Origin: the human T2T-CHM13v2.0 reference genome, Homo sapiens
Strand: one strand, 5' to 3'
Length of the DNA stretch: 64,000 bases
Assembly: GCF_009914755.1 (NCBI RefSeq)
Contig: NC_060939.1
Part shown: in pieces, positions 10,601 through 22,400 of the stretch
Layout of the letters: each line of letters opens with the position of its first letter
Numbering within the stretch: position 1 is the stretch's first letter
Notes under the pieces: generated by a model
Told to the model about the DNA's origin: nothing
Databases searched by the model: none
The model's input: the letters and a program-made list of their open reading frames with translations, nothing else
Made by a program: the position numbers and the translations under genes

Positions 10601-13600
10601 AGAAGTTTCTGAGAATGCTTCTGTCTAGATTTTATATGAAGGTTTTCCCGTTTCCAACGAAATTTTCAATGCTCTCAAAATATCCACTTGTAGATTCTAC
10701 AAAAAGAGTGTTTCCAAACTGCTGTGTCAAAAGAAAGGTTCAACTCTGTTAGTTGAGGACACACATCACAAATAAGTTTCTGAGAATGCTTCTGTCTAGT
10801 TCTTATTTGAAGACATTTCCTTTCTCACCTTAGGCCTGAAAACGCTCGAAATATCCACTTCCAGATACGACAGAAACAGTGATTCAAACCTGCTCTATGA
10901 AAGGGAATGTTCAACTAGGTGACTTGAATGCAAACATCACAAAGCAGTTTCTGAGAATGCTGCTGTCTACTTTCTATTTGTAATCCCGTTTCCAACGAAA
11001 TCCTCAGAACTATCGAAATTTCCAATTGCAGATTCCACAAAAAGCGTGTTTCAAAGCTGCTCTGTAAAAAGAAAGGTTCAACTCTGTTAGTTGAATACAC
11101 ACGTCACAAACAAGTTTCTGAGAATGCTTCTGTCTAGTTTTTATGGGAAGATATTTCCTTTTTCACCGTAGGCCTCAAAGCGCTCCAAATGTCCACTTCC
11201 ACATACTACAAAAAGAGTGTTTCAAACCTGCTCTATGATAGGGAATGTTGAAACCTATGAGTTGAATGCAAGCATTACAAAGAGGTTTCTGAGAATGCTT
11301 CTGTCTAGATTTTATATGTAGATATTCCCGTTTCCAACGAAATCCTCAAAGCTATCCAAATATCAACTTGCAGATTCTACAAAAGGAATGTTTCCAAAAT
11401 GCTGTATCCAAACAAAGGTTCAACTCTGTGAATTGAGGGCATACATCACAAAGAAGATTCTGAGAATGCTTCTGTCTAGATTTTATATGAAAATATTCCC
11501 GTTTCCAACGAAATCCTCAAAGCTATCCAAATATCCACTTGCAAATGCCACAAAAAGAGTGTTTCCAAACTGCTCTGTGAAAAGGAAGGTTCAACTCTGT
11601 TAGTTGAGTACACACATCACAAAGAGGTTTCTGAGAATGCTGCTGACTAGTTTTTATTTGAAGATATTTCCCTTTTCACCTTAGGCCTAAGAGTGCTCGA
11701 AATGTCCATTTCCACATACTCCACAAAGTGTGTTTCAAACGTGCTGTATGAAAGGGAATGTTCAACTCTATGAGTTGAATGCAAACATCACAAAGAAGAC
11801 TCTGAGAATGCTTTTGTCTAGATTTTATATGAAGATATTCCCGTGTCCAACGAAATTTTCAAAGGTCTCCAAATATCCATTTGTAGATTCTACAAAAAGA
11901 GTGTTTCCAAACTGCTGTATCAAAACAAAGGTTGAACTCTGTGAGTTGAGGACACACATCACAAATAAGTTTCTGAGAATGCTTCTGTCTAGTTTTTATT
12001 TGAAGATGTTTCCTTTTTCACCATAGGCCTGAAAGCGCTCGAAATGTCCACTTCCAGATAGTACAGAAAGAGTGTTTCAAACCTGCTCTATGAACGGGAA
12101 TGTTCAGCTCTGTGAGTTGAATGCAAACATCACAAAGCAGGTTCCGAGAATGCTTCCGTCTAGATTTTAAATGAGGATATTCCCGTTTCCAACGAAATCC
12201 TCGAAGCTATCCAAATATCCACTTGCAGATTCCACAAAAAGAGTGTTTCAAAACTGCTCTGTCAAAAGATAGGTTCAACTCTGTTAGTTGAGTACACACA
12301 TGGCAAACAAGATTGCGAGAATGCTTTCGTCTAGTTTTTTTGGGAAGATATTTCCTTCTTCACCATAGGCCTCAAAGCGCTCCAAATATCCATTTCCACA
12401 TGCTATACAAAGAGTGTCTCAAACCTGCTGTATGAATGGGAATGTTCAACTCTATGAGTTGAATGCAAACATCACAAAGAAGTTTCTGAGAATGCTGCTG
12501 TCTAGATTTTATATGAAGGTTTTCCCGCTTCCAACGAAATTTTCAATGCTCTCAAAATATCCTCTTGTAGATTCTACAAAAAGAGTGTTTCCAAACTGCT
12601 GTATCAAAACAAAGGTTCATCTCTGTTAGTTGAGGACACACATCACAAATAAGTTTCTGAGAATGCTTCTGTCTAGTTCTTATTTGAAGACATTTCCTTT
12701 CTCACCTTAGGCCTGAAAGCGCTCGAAATACCCACTTCCAGATACTACAGAAACAGTGATTCAAACCTGCTCTATGAAAGGGAATGTTCAACTAGGTGAC
12801 TTGAATGCAAACATCACAAAGCAGTTTCTGAGAATGCTGCTGTCTACTTTCTATTTGTAATCCCGTTTCCAACGAAATCCTCAGAACTATCGAAATTTCC
12901 AATTGCAGATTCCACAGAAACAGGGTTTCAAAGCTGCTCTGTAAAAAGAAAGGTTCAACTCTGTTAGTTGAATACACACGTCACAAACAAGTTTCTGAGA
13001 ATGCTTCTGTCTAGTTTTTATGGGAAGATATTTCCTTTTTCACCGTAGGCCTCAAAGCGCTCCAAATGTCCACGTCCACATACTACAAAAAGAGTGTTTC
13101 AAACCTGCTGTATGAAAGGGAATGTTCAACTCTATGAGTTGAATGCAAACATTACAAAGAAGTTTCTGAGAATGCTTCTGTCTAGATTTTATATGAAGGT
13201 TTTCCCGTTTCCAACGAAATTTTCAATGCTCTCAAAATATCCACTTGTAGATTCTACAAAAAGAGTGTTTCCAAACTGCTGTGTCAAAAGAAAGGTTCAA
13301 CTCTGTTAGTTGAGGACACACATCACAAATAAGTTTCTGAGAATGCTTCTGTCTAGTTCTTATTTGAAGACATTTCCTTTCTCACCTTAGGCCTGAAAAC
13401 GCTCGAAATATCCACTTCCAGATACGACAGAAACAGTGATTCAAACCTGCTCTATGAAAGGGAATGTTCAACTAGGTGACTTGAATGCAAACATCACAAA
13501 GCAGTTTCTGAGAATGCTGCTGTCTACTTTCTATTTGTAATCCCGTTTCCAACGAAATCCTCAGAACTATCGAAATTTCCAATTGCAGATTCCACAAAAA

Positions 13601-15338
13601 GCGTGTTTCAAAGCTGCTCTGTAAAAAGAAAGGTTCAACTCTGTTAGTTGAATACACACGTCACAAACAAGTTTCTGAGAATGCTTCTGTCTAGTTTTTA
13701 TGGGAAGATATTTCCTTTTTCACCGTAGGCCTCAAAGCGCTCCAAATGTCCACTTCCACATACTACAAAAAGAGTGTTTCAAACCTGCTCTATGATAGGG
13801 AATGTTGAAACCTATGAGTTGAATGCAAGCATTACAAAGAGGTTTCTGAGAATGCTTCTGTCTAGATTTTATATGTAGATATTCCCGTTTCCAACGAAAT
13901 CCTCAAAGCTATCCAAATATCAACTTGCAGATTCTACAAAAGGAATGTTTCCAAAATGCTGTATCCAAACAAAGGTTCAACTCTGTGAATTGAGGGCATA
14001 CATCACAAAGAAGATTCTGAGAATGCTTCTGTCTAGATTTTATATGAAAATATTCCCGTTTCCAACGAAATCCTCAAAGCTATCCAAATATCCACTTGCA
14101 AATGCCACAAAAAGAGTGTTTCCAAACTGCTCTGTGAAAAGGAAGGTTCAACTCTGTTAGTTGAGTACACACATCACAAAGAGGTTTCTGAGAATGCTGC
14201 TGACTAGTTTTTATTTGAAGATATTTCCCTTTTCACCTTAGGCCTAAGAGTGCTCGAAATGTCCATTTCCACATACTCCACAAAGTGTGTTTCAAACGTG
14301 CTGTATGAAAGGGAATGTTCAACTCTATGAGTTGAATGCAAACATCACAAAGAAGACTCTGAGAATGCTTTTGTCTAGATTTTATATGAAGATATTCCCG
14401 TGTCCAACGAAATTTTCAAAGGTCTCCAAATATCCATTTGTAGATTCTACAAAAAGAGTGTTTCCAAACTGCTGTATCAAAACAAAGGTTGAACTCTGTG
14501 AGTTGAGGACACACATCACAAATAAGTTTCTGAGAATGCTTCTGTCTAGTTTTTATTTGAAGATGTTTCCTTTTTCACCATAGGCCTGAAAGCGCTCGAA
14601 ATGTCCACTTCCAGATAGTACAGAAAGAGTGTTTCAAACCTGCTCTATGAACGGGAATGTTCAGCTCTGTGAGTTGAATGCAAACATCACAAAGCAGGTT
14701 CCGAGAATGCTTCCGTCTAGATTTTAAATGAGGATATTCCCGTTTCCAACGAAATCCTCGAAGCTATCCAAATATCCACTTGCAGATTCCACAAAAAGAG
14801 TGTTTCAAAACTGCTCTGTCAAAAGATAGGTTCAACTCTGTTAGTTGAGTACACACATGGCAAACAAGATTGCGAGAATGCTTTCGTCTAGTTTTTTTGG
14901 GAAGATATTTCCTTCTTCACCATAGGCCTCAAAGCGCTCCAAATATCCATTTCCACATGCTATACAAAGAGTGTCTCAAACCTGCTGTATGAATGGGAAT
15001 GTTCAACTCTATGAGTTGAATGCAAACATCACAAAGAAGTTTCTGAGAATGCTGCTGTCTAGATTTTATATGAAGGTTTTCCCGCTTCCAACGAAATTTT
15101 CAATGCTCTCAAAATATCCTCTTGTAGATTCTACAAAAAGAGTGTTTCCAAACTGCTGTATCAAAACAAAGGTTCATCTCTGTTAGTTGAGGACACACAT
15201 CACAAATAAGTTTCTGAGAATGCTTCTGTCTAGTTCTTATTTGAAGACATTTCCTTTCTCACCTTAGGCCTGAAAGCGCTCGAAATACCCACTTCCAGAT
15301 ACTACAGAAACAGTGATTCAAACCTGCTCTATGAAAGG

Positions 15339-17215
15339 GAATGTTCAACTAGGTGACTTGAATGCAAACATCACAAAGCAGTTTCTGAGAATGCTGCTGT
15401 CTACTTTCTATTTGTAATCCCGTTTCCAACGAAATCCTCAGAACTATCGAAATTTCCAATTGCAGATTCCACAGAAACAGGGTTTCAAAGCTGCTCTGTA
15501 AAAAGAAAGGTTCAACTCTGTTAGTTGAATACACACGTCACAAACAAGTTTCTGAGAATGCTTCTGTCTAGTTTTTATGGGAAGATATTTCCTTTTTCAC
15601 CGTAGGCCTCAAAGCGCTCCAAATGTCCACTTCCACATACTACAAAAAGAGTGTTTCAAACCTGCTCTATGATAGGGAATGTTGAAACGTATGAGTTGAA
15701 TGCAAGCATTACAAAGAGGTTTCTGAGAATGCTTCTGTCTAGATTTTATATGTAGATATTCCCGTTTCCAACGAAATCCTCAAAGCTATCCAAATATCAA
15801 CTTGCAGATTCTACAAAAGGAATGTTTCCAAAATGCTGTATCCAAACAAAGGTTCAACTCTGTGAATTGAGGGCATACATCACAAAGAAGATTCTGAGAA
15901 TGCTTCTGTCTAGATTTTATATGAAAATATTCCCGTTTCCAACGAAATCCTCAAAGCTATCCAAATATCCACTTGCAAATGCCACAAAAAGAGTGTTTCC
16001 AAACTGCTCTGTGAAAAGGAAGGTTCAACTCTGTTAGTTGAGTACACACATCACAAAGAGGTTTCTGAGAATGCTGCTGAGTAGTTTTTATTTGAAGATA
16101 TTTCCCTTTTCACCTTAGGCCTAAGAGTGCTCGAAATGTCCATTTCCACATACTCCACAAAGTGTGTTTCAAACGTGCTGTATGAAAGGGAATGTTCAAC
16201 TCTATGAGTTGAATGCAAACATCACAAAGAAGACTCTGAGAATGCTTTTGTCTAGATTTTATATGAAGATATTCCCGTGTCCAACGAAATTTTCAAAGGT
16301 CTCCAAATATCCATTTGTAGATTCTACAAAAAGAGTGTTTCCAAACTGCTGTATCAAAACAAAGGTTGAACTCTGTGAGTTGAGGACACACATCACAAAT
16401 AAGTTTCTGAGAATGCTTCTGTCTAGTTTTTATTTGAAGATGTTTCCTTTTTCACCATAGGCCTGAAAGCGCTCGAAATGTCCACTTCCAGATAGTACAG
16501 AAAGAGTGTTTCAAACCTGCTCTATGAACGGGAATGTTCAGCTCTGTGAGTTGAATGCAAACATCACAAAGCAGGTTCCGAGAATGCTTCCGTCTAGATT
16601 TTAAATGAGGATATTCCCGTTTCCAACGAAATCCTCGAAGCTATCCAAATATCCACTTGCAGATTCCACAAAAAGAGTGTTTCAAAACTGCTCTGTCAAA
16701 AGATAGGTTCAACTCTGTTAGTTGAGTACACACATGGCAAACAAGATTCCGAGAATGCTTTCGTCTAGTTTTTTTGGGAAGATATTTCCTTCTTCACCAT
16801 AGGCCTCAAAGCGCTCCAAATATCCATTTCCACATGCTATACAAAGAGTGTCTCAAACCTGCTGTATGAATGGGAATGTTCAACTCTATGAGTTGAATGC
16901 AAACATCACAAAGAAGTTTCTGAGAATGCTGCTGTCTAGATTTTATATGAAGGTTTTCCCGCTTCCAACGAAATTTTCAATGCTCTCAAAATATCCTCTT
17001 GTAGATTCTACAAAAAGAGTGTTTCCAAACTGCTGTATCAAAACAAAGGTTCATCTCTGTTAGTTGAGGACACACATCACAAATAAGTTTCTGAGAATGC
17101 TTCTGTCTAGTTCTTATTTGAAGACATTTCCTTTCTCACCTTAGGCCTGAAAGCGCTCGAAATACCCACTTCCAGATACTACAGAAACAGTGATTCAAAC
17201 CTGCTCTATGAAAGG
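15339..17215. repeat. 11-mer HOR variant (1877 bp), lacking one copy of the 680-bp tetramer
   Basis: Spacing 15349 to 17226 = 1877. The first-copy marker CAGAAACAGGG (about 15472-15482) is followed by second-copy markers CCACTTCC (15631) and ATGATAGGG. Confidence 0.96.
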
Positions 17216-19434
17216 GAATGTTCAACTAGGTGACTTGAATGCAAACATCACAAAGCAGTTTCTGAGAATGCTGCTGTCTACTTTCTATTTGTAATCCCGT
17301 TTCCAACGAAATCCTCAGAACTATCGAAATTTCCAATTGCAGATTCCACAGAAACAGGGTTTCAAAGCTGCTCTGTAAAAAGAAAGGTTCAACTCTGTTA
17401 GTTGAATACACACGTCACAAACAAGTTTCTGAGAATGCTTCTGTCTAGTTTTTATGGGAAGATATTTCCTTTTTCACCGTAGGCCTCAAAGCGCTCCAAA
17501 TGTCCACGTCCACATACTACAAAAAGAGTGTTTCAAACCTGCTGTATGAAAGGGAATGTTCAACTCTATGAGTTGAATGCAAACATTACAAAGAAGTTTC
17601 TGAGAATGCTTCTGTCTAGATTTTATATGAAGGTTTTCCCGTTTCCAACGAAATTTTCAATGCTCTCAAAATATCCACTTGTAGATTCTACAAAAAGAGT
17701 GTTTCCAAACTGCTGTGTCAAAAGAAAGGTTCAACTCTGTTAGTTGAATACACACGTCACAAACAAGTTTCTGAGAATGCTTCTGTCTAGTTTTTATGGG
17801 AAGATATTTCCTTTTTCACCGTAGGCCTCAAAGCGCTCCAAATGTCCACTTCCACATACTACAAAAAGAGTGTTTCAAACCTGCTCTATGATAGGGAATG
17901 TTGAAACCTATGAGTTGAATGCAAGCATTACAAAGAGGTTTCTGAGAATGCTTCTGTCTAGATTTTATATGTAGATATTCCCGTTTCCAACGAAATCCTC
18001 AAAGCTATCCAAATATCAACTTGCAGATTCTACAAAAGGAATGTTTCCAAAATGCTGTATCCAAACAAAGGTTCAACTCTGTGAATTGAGGGCATACATC
18101 ACAAAGAAGATTCTGAGAATGCTTCTGTCTAGATTTTATATGAAAATATTCCCGTTTCCAACGAAATCCTCAAAGCTATCCAAATATCCACTTGCAAATG
18201 CCACAAAAAGAGTGTTTCCAAACTGCTCTGTGAAAAGGAAGGTTCAACTCTGTTAGTTGAGTACACACATCACAAAGAGGTTTCTGAGAATGCTGCTGAC
18301 TAGTTTTTATTTGAAGATATTTCCCTTTTCACCTTAGGCCTAAGAGTGCTCGAAATGTCCATTTCCACATACTCCACAAAGTGTGTTTCAAACGTGCTGT
18401 ATGAAAGGGAATGTTCAACTCTATGAGTTGAATGCAAACATCACAAAGAAGATTCTGAGAATGCTTTTGTCTAGATTTTATATGAAGATATTCCCGTGTC
18501 CAACGAAATTTTCAAAGGTCTCCAAATATCCATTTGTAGATTCTACAAAAAGAGTGTTTCCAAACTGCTGTATCAAAACAAAGGTTGAACTCTGTGAGTT
18601 GAGGACACACATCACAAATAAGTTTCTGAGAATGCTTCTGTCTAGTTTTTATTTGAAGATGTTTCCTTTTTCACCATAGGCCTGAAAGCGCTCGAAATGT
18701 CCACTTCCAGATAGTACAGAAAGAGTGTTTCAAACCTGCTCTATGAACGGGAATGTTCAGCTCTGTGAGTTGAATGCAAACATCACAAAGCAGGTTCTGA
18801 GAATGCTTCCGTCTAGATTTTAAATGAGGATATTCCCGTTTCCAACGAAATCCTCGAAGCTATCCAAATATCCACTTGCAGATTCCACAAAAAGAGTGTT
18901 TCAAAACTGCTCTGTCAAAAGATAGGTTCAACTCTGTTAGTTGAGTACACACATGGCAAACAAGATTCCGAGAATGCTTTCGTCTAGTTTTTTTGGGAAG
19001 ATATTTCCTTCTTCACCATAGGCCTCAAAGCGCTCCAAATATCCATTTCCACATGCTATACAAAGAGTGTCTCAAACCTGCTGTATGAATGGGAATGTTC
19101 AACTCTATGAGTTGAATGCAAACATCACAAAGAAGTTTCTGAGAATGCTGCTGTCTAGATTTTATATGAAGGTTTTCCCGCTTCCAACGAAATTTTCAAT
19201 GCTCTCAAAATATCCTCTTGTAGATTCTACAAAAAGAGTGTTTCCAAACTGCTGTATCAAAACAAAGGTTCATCTCTGTTAGTTGAGGACACACATCACA
19301 AATAAGTTTCTGAGAATGCTTCTGTCTAGTTCTTATTTGAAGACATTTCCTTTCTCACCTTAGGCCTGAAAGCGCTCGAAATACCCACTTCCAGATACTA
19401 CAGAAACAGTGATTCAAACCTGCTCTATGAAAGG
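17216..19434. repeat. 13-mer HOR variant (2219 bp), 338-bp two-monomer deletion
   Basis: Spacing 17226 to 19445 = 2219. Hybrid junction TGTGTC-AAAAGAAAGGTTCAACTCTGTTAGTTGA-ATACACACGTC at 17714-17758. Confidence 0.96.
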
Positions 19435-22400
19435 GAATGTTCAACTAGGTGACTTGAATGCAAACATCACAAAGCAGTTTCTGAGAATGCTGCTGTCTAC
19501 TTTCTATTTGTAATCCCGTTTCCAACGAAATCCTCAGAACTATCGAAATTTCCAATTGCAGATTCCACAGAAACAGGGTTTCAAAGCTGCTCTGTAAAAA
19601 GAAAGGTTCAACTCTGTTAGTTGAATACACACGTCACAAACAAGTTTCTGAGAATGCTTCTGTCTAGTTTTTATGGGAAGATATTTCCTTTTTCACCGTA
19701 GGCCTCAAAGCGCTCCAAATGTCCACGTCCACATACTACAAAAAGAGTGTTTCAAACCTGCTGTATGAAAGGGAATGTTCAACTCTATGAGTTGAATGCA
19801 AACATTACAAAGAAGTTTCTGAGAATGCTTCTGTCTAGATTTTATATGAAGGTTTTCCCGTTTCCAACGAAATTTTCAATGCTCTCAAAATATCCACTTG
19901 TAGATTCTACAAAAAGAGTGTTTCCAAACTGCTGTGTCAAAAGAAAGGTTCAACTCTGTTAGTTGAGGACACACATCACAAATAAGTTTCTGAGAATGCT
20001 TCTGTCTAGTTCTTATTTGAAGACATTTCCTTTCTCACCTTAGGCCTGAAAACGCTCGAAATATCCACTTCCAGATACGACAGAAACAGTGATTCAAACC
20101 TGCTCTATGAAAGGGAATGTTCAACTAGGTGACTTGAATGCAAACATCACAAAGCAGTTTCTGAGAATGCTGCTGTCTACTTTCTATTTGTAATCCCGTT
20201 TCCAACGAAATCCTCAGAACTATCGAAATTTCCAATTGCAGATTCCACAAAAAGCGTGTTTCAAAGCTGCTCTGTAAAAAGAAAGGTTCAACTCTGTTAG
20301 TTGAATACACACGTCACAAACAAGTTTCTGAGAATGCTTCTGTCTAGTTTTTATGGGAAGATATTTCCTTTTTCACCGTAGGCCTCAAAGCGCTCCAAAT
20401 GTCCACTTCCACATACTACAAAAAGAGTGTTTCAAACCTGCTCTATGATAGGGAATGTTGAAACGTATGAGTTGAATGCAAGCATTACAAAGAGGTTTCT
20501 GAGAATGCTTCTGTCTAGATTTTATATGTAGATATTCCCGTTTCCAACGAAATCCTCAAAGCTATCCAAATATCAACTTGCAGATTCTACAAAAGGAATG
20601 TTTCCAAAATGCTGTATCCAAACAAAGGTTCAACTCTGTGAATTGAGGGCATACATCACAAAGAAGATTCTGAGAATGCTTCTGTCTAGATTTTATATGA
20701 AAATATTCCCGTTTCCAACGAAATCCTCAAAGCTATCCAAATATCCACTTGCAAATGCCACAAAAAGAGTGTTTCCAAACTGCTCTGTGAAAAGGAAGGT
20801 TCAACTCTGTTAGTTGAGTACACACATCACAAAGAGGTTTCTGAGAATGCTGCTGACTAGTTTTTATTTGAAGATATTTCCCTTTTCACCTTAGGCCTAA
20901 GAGTGCTCGAAATGTCCATTTCCACATACTCCACAAAGTGTGTTTCAAACGTGCTGTATGAAAGGGAATGTTCAACTCTATGAGTTGAATGCAAACATCA
21001 CAAAGAAGACTCTGAGAATGCTTTTGTCTAGATTTTATATGAAGATATTCCCGTGTCCAACGAAATTTTCAAAGGTCTCCAAATATCCATTTGTAGATTC
21101 TACAAAAAGAGTGTTTCCAAACTGCTGTATCAAAACAAAGGTTGAACTCTGTGAGTTGAGGACACACATCACAAATAAGTTTCTGAGAATGCTTCTGTCT
21201 AGTTTTTATTTGAAGATGTTTCCTTTTTCACCATAGGCCTGAAAGCGCTCGAAATGTCCACTTCCAGATAGTACAGAAAGAGTGTTTCAAACCTGCTCTA
21301 TGAACGGGAATGTTCAGCTCTGTGAGTTGAATGCAAACATCACAAAGCAGGTTCCGAGAATGCTTCCGTCTAGATTTTAAATGAGGATATTCCCGTTTCC
21401 AACGAAATCCTCGAAGCTATCCAAATATCCACTTGCAGATTCCACAAAAAGAGTGTTTCAAAACTGCTCTGTCAAAAGATAGGTTCAACTCTGTTAGTTG
21501 AGTACACACATGGCAAACAAGATTGCGAGAATGCTTTCGTCTAGTTTTTTTGGGAAGATATTTCCTTCTTCACCATAGGCCTCAAAGCGCTCCAAATATC
21601 CATTTCCACATGCTATACAAAGAGTGTCTCAAACCTGCTGTATGAATGGGAATGTTCAACTCTATGAGTTGAATGCAAACATCACAAAGAAGTTTCTGAG
21701 AATGCTGCTGTCTAGATTTTATATGAAGGTTTTCCCGCTTCCAACGAAATTTTCAATGCTCTCAAAATATCCTCTTGTAGATTCTACAAAAAGAGTGTTT
21801 CCAAACTGCTGTATCAAAACAAAGGTTCATCTCTGTTAGTTGAGGACACACATCACAAATAAGTTTCTGAGAATGCTTCTGTCTAGTTCTTATTTGAAGA
21901 CATTTCCTTTCTCACCTTAGGCCTGAAAGCGCTCGAAATACCCACTTCCAGATACTACAGAAACAGTGATTCAAACCTGCTCTATGAAAGGGAATGTTCA
22001 ACTAGGTGACTTGAATGCAAACATCACAAAGCAGTTTCTGAGAATGCTGCTGTCTACTTTCTATTTGTAATCCCGTTTCCAACGAAATCCTCAGAACTAT
22101 CGAAATTTCCAATTGCAGATTCCACAGAAACAGGGTTTCAAAGCTGCTCTGTAAAAAGAAAGGTTCAACTCTGTTAGTTGAATACACACGTCACAAACAA
22201 GTTTCTGAGAATGCTTCTGTCTAGTTTTTATGGGAAGATATTTCCTTTTTCACCGTAGGCCTCAAAGCGCTCCAAATGTCCACGTCCACATACTACAAAA
22301 AGAGTGTTTCAAACCTGCTGTATGAAAGGGAATGTTCAACTCTATGAGTTGAATGCAAACATTACAAAGAAGTTTCTGAGAATGCTTCTGTCTAGATTTT

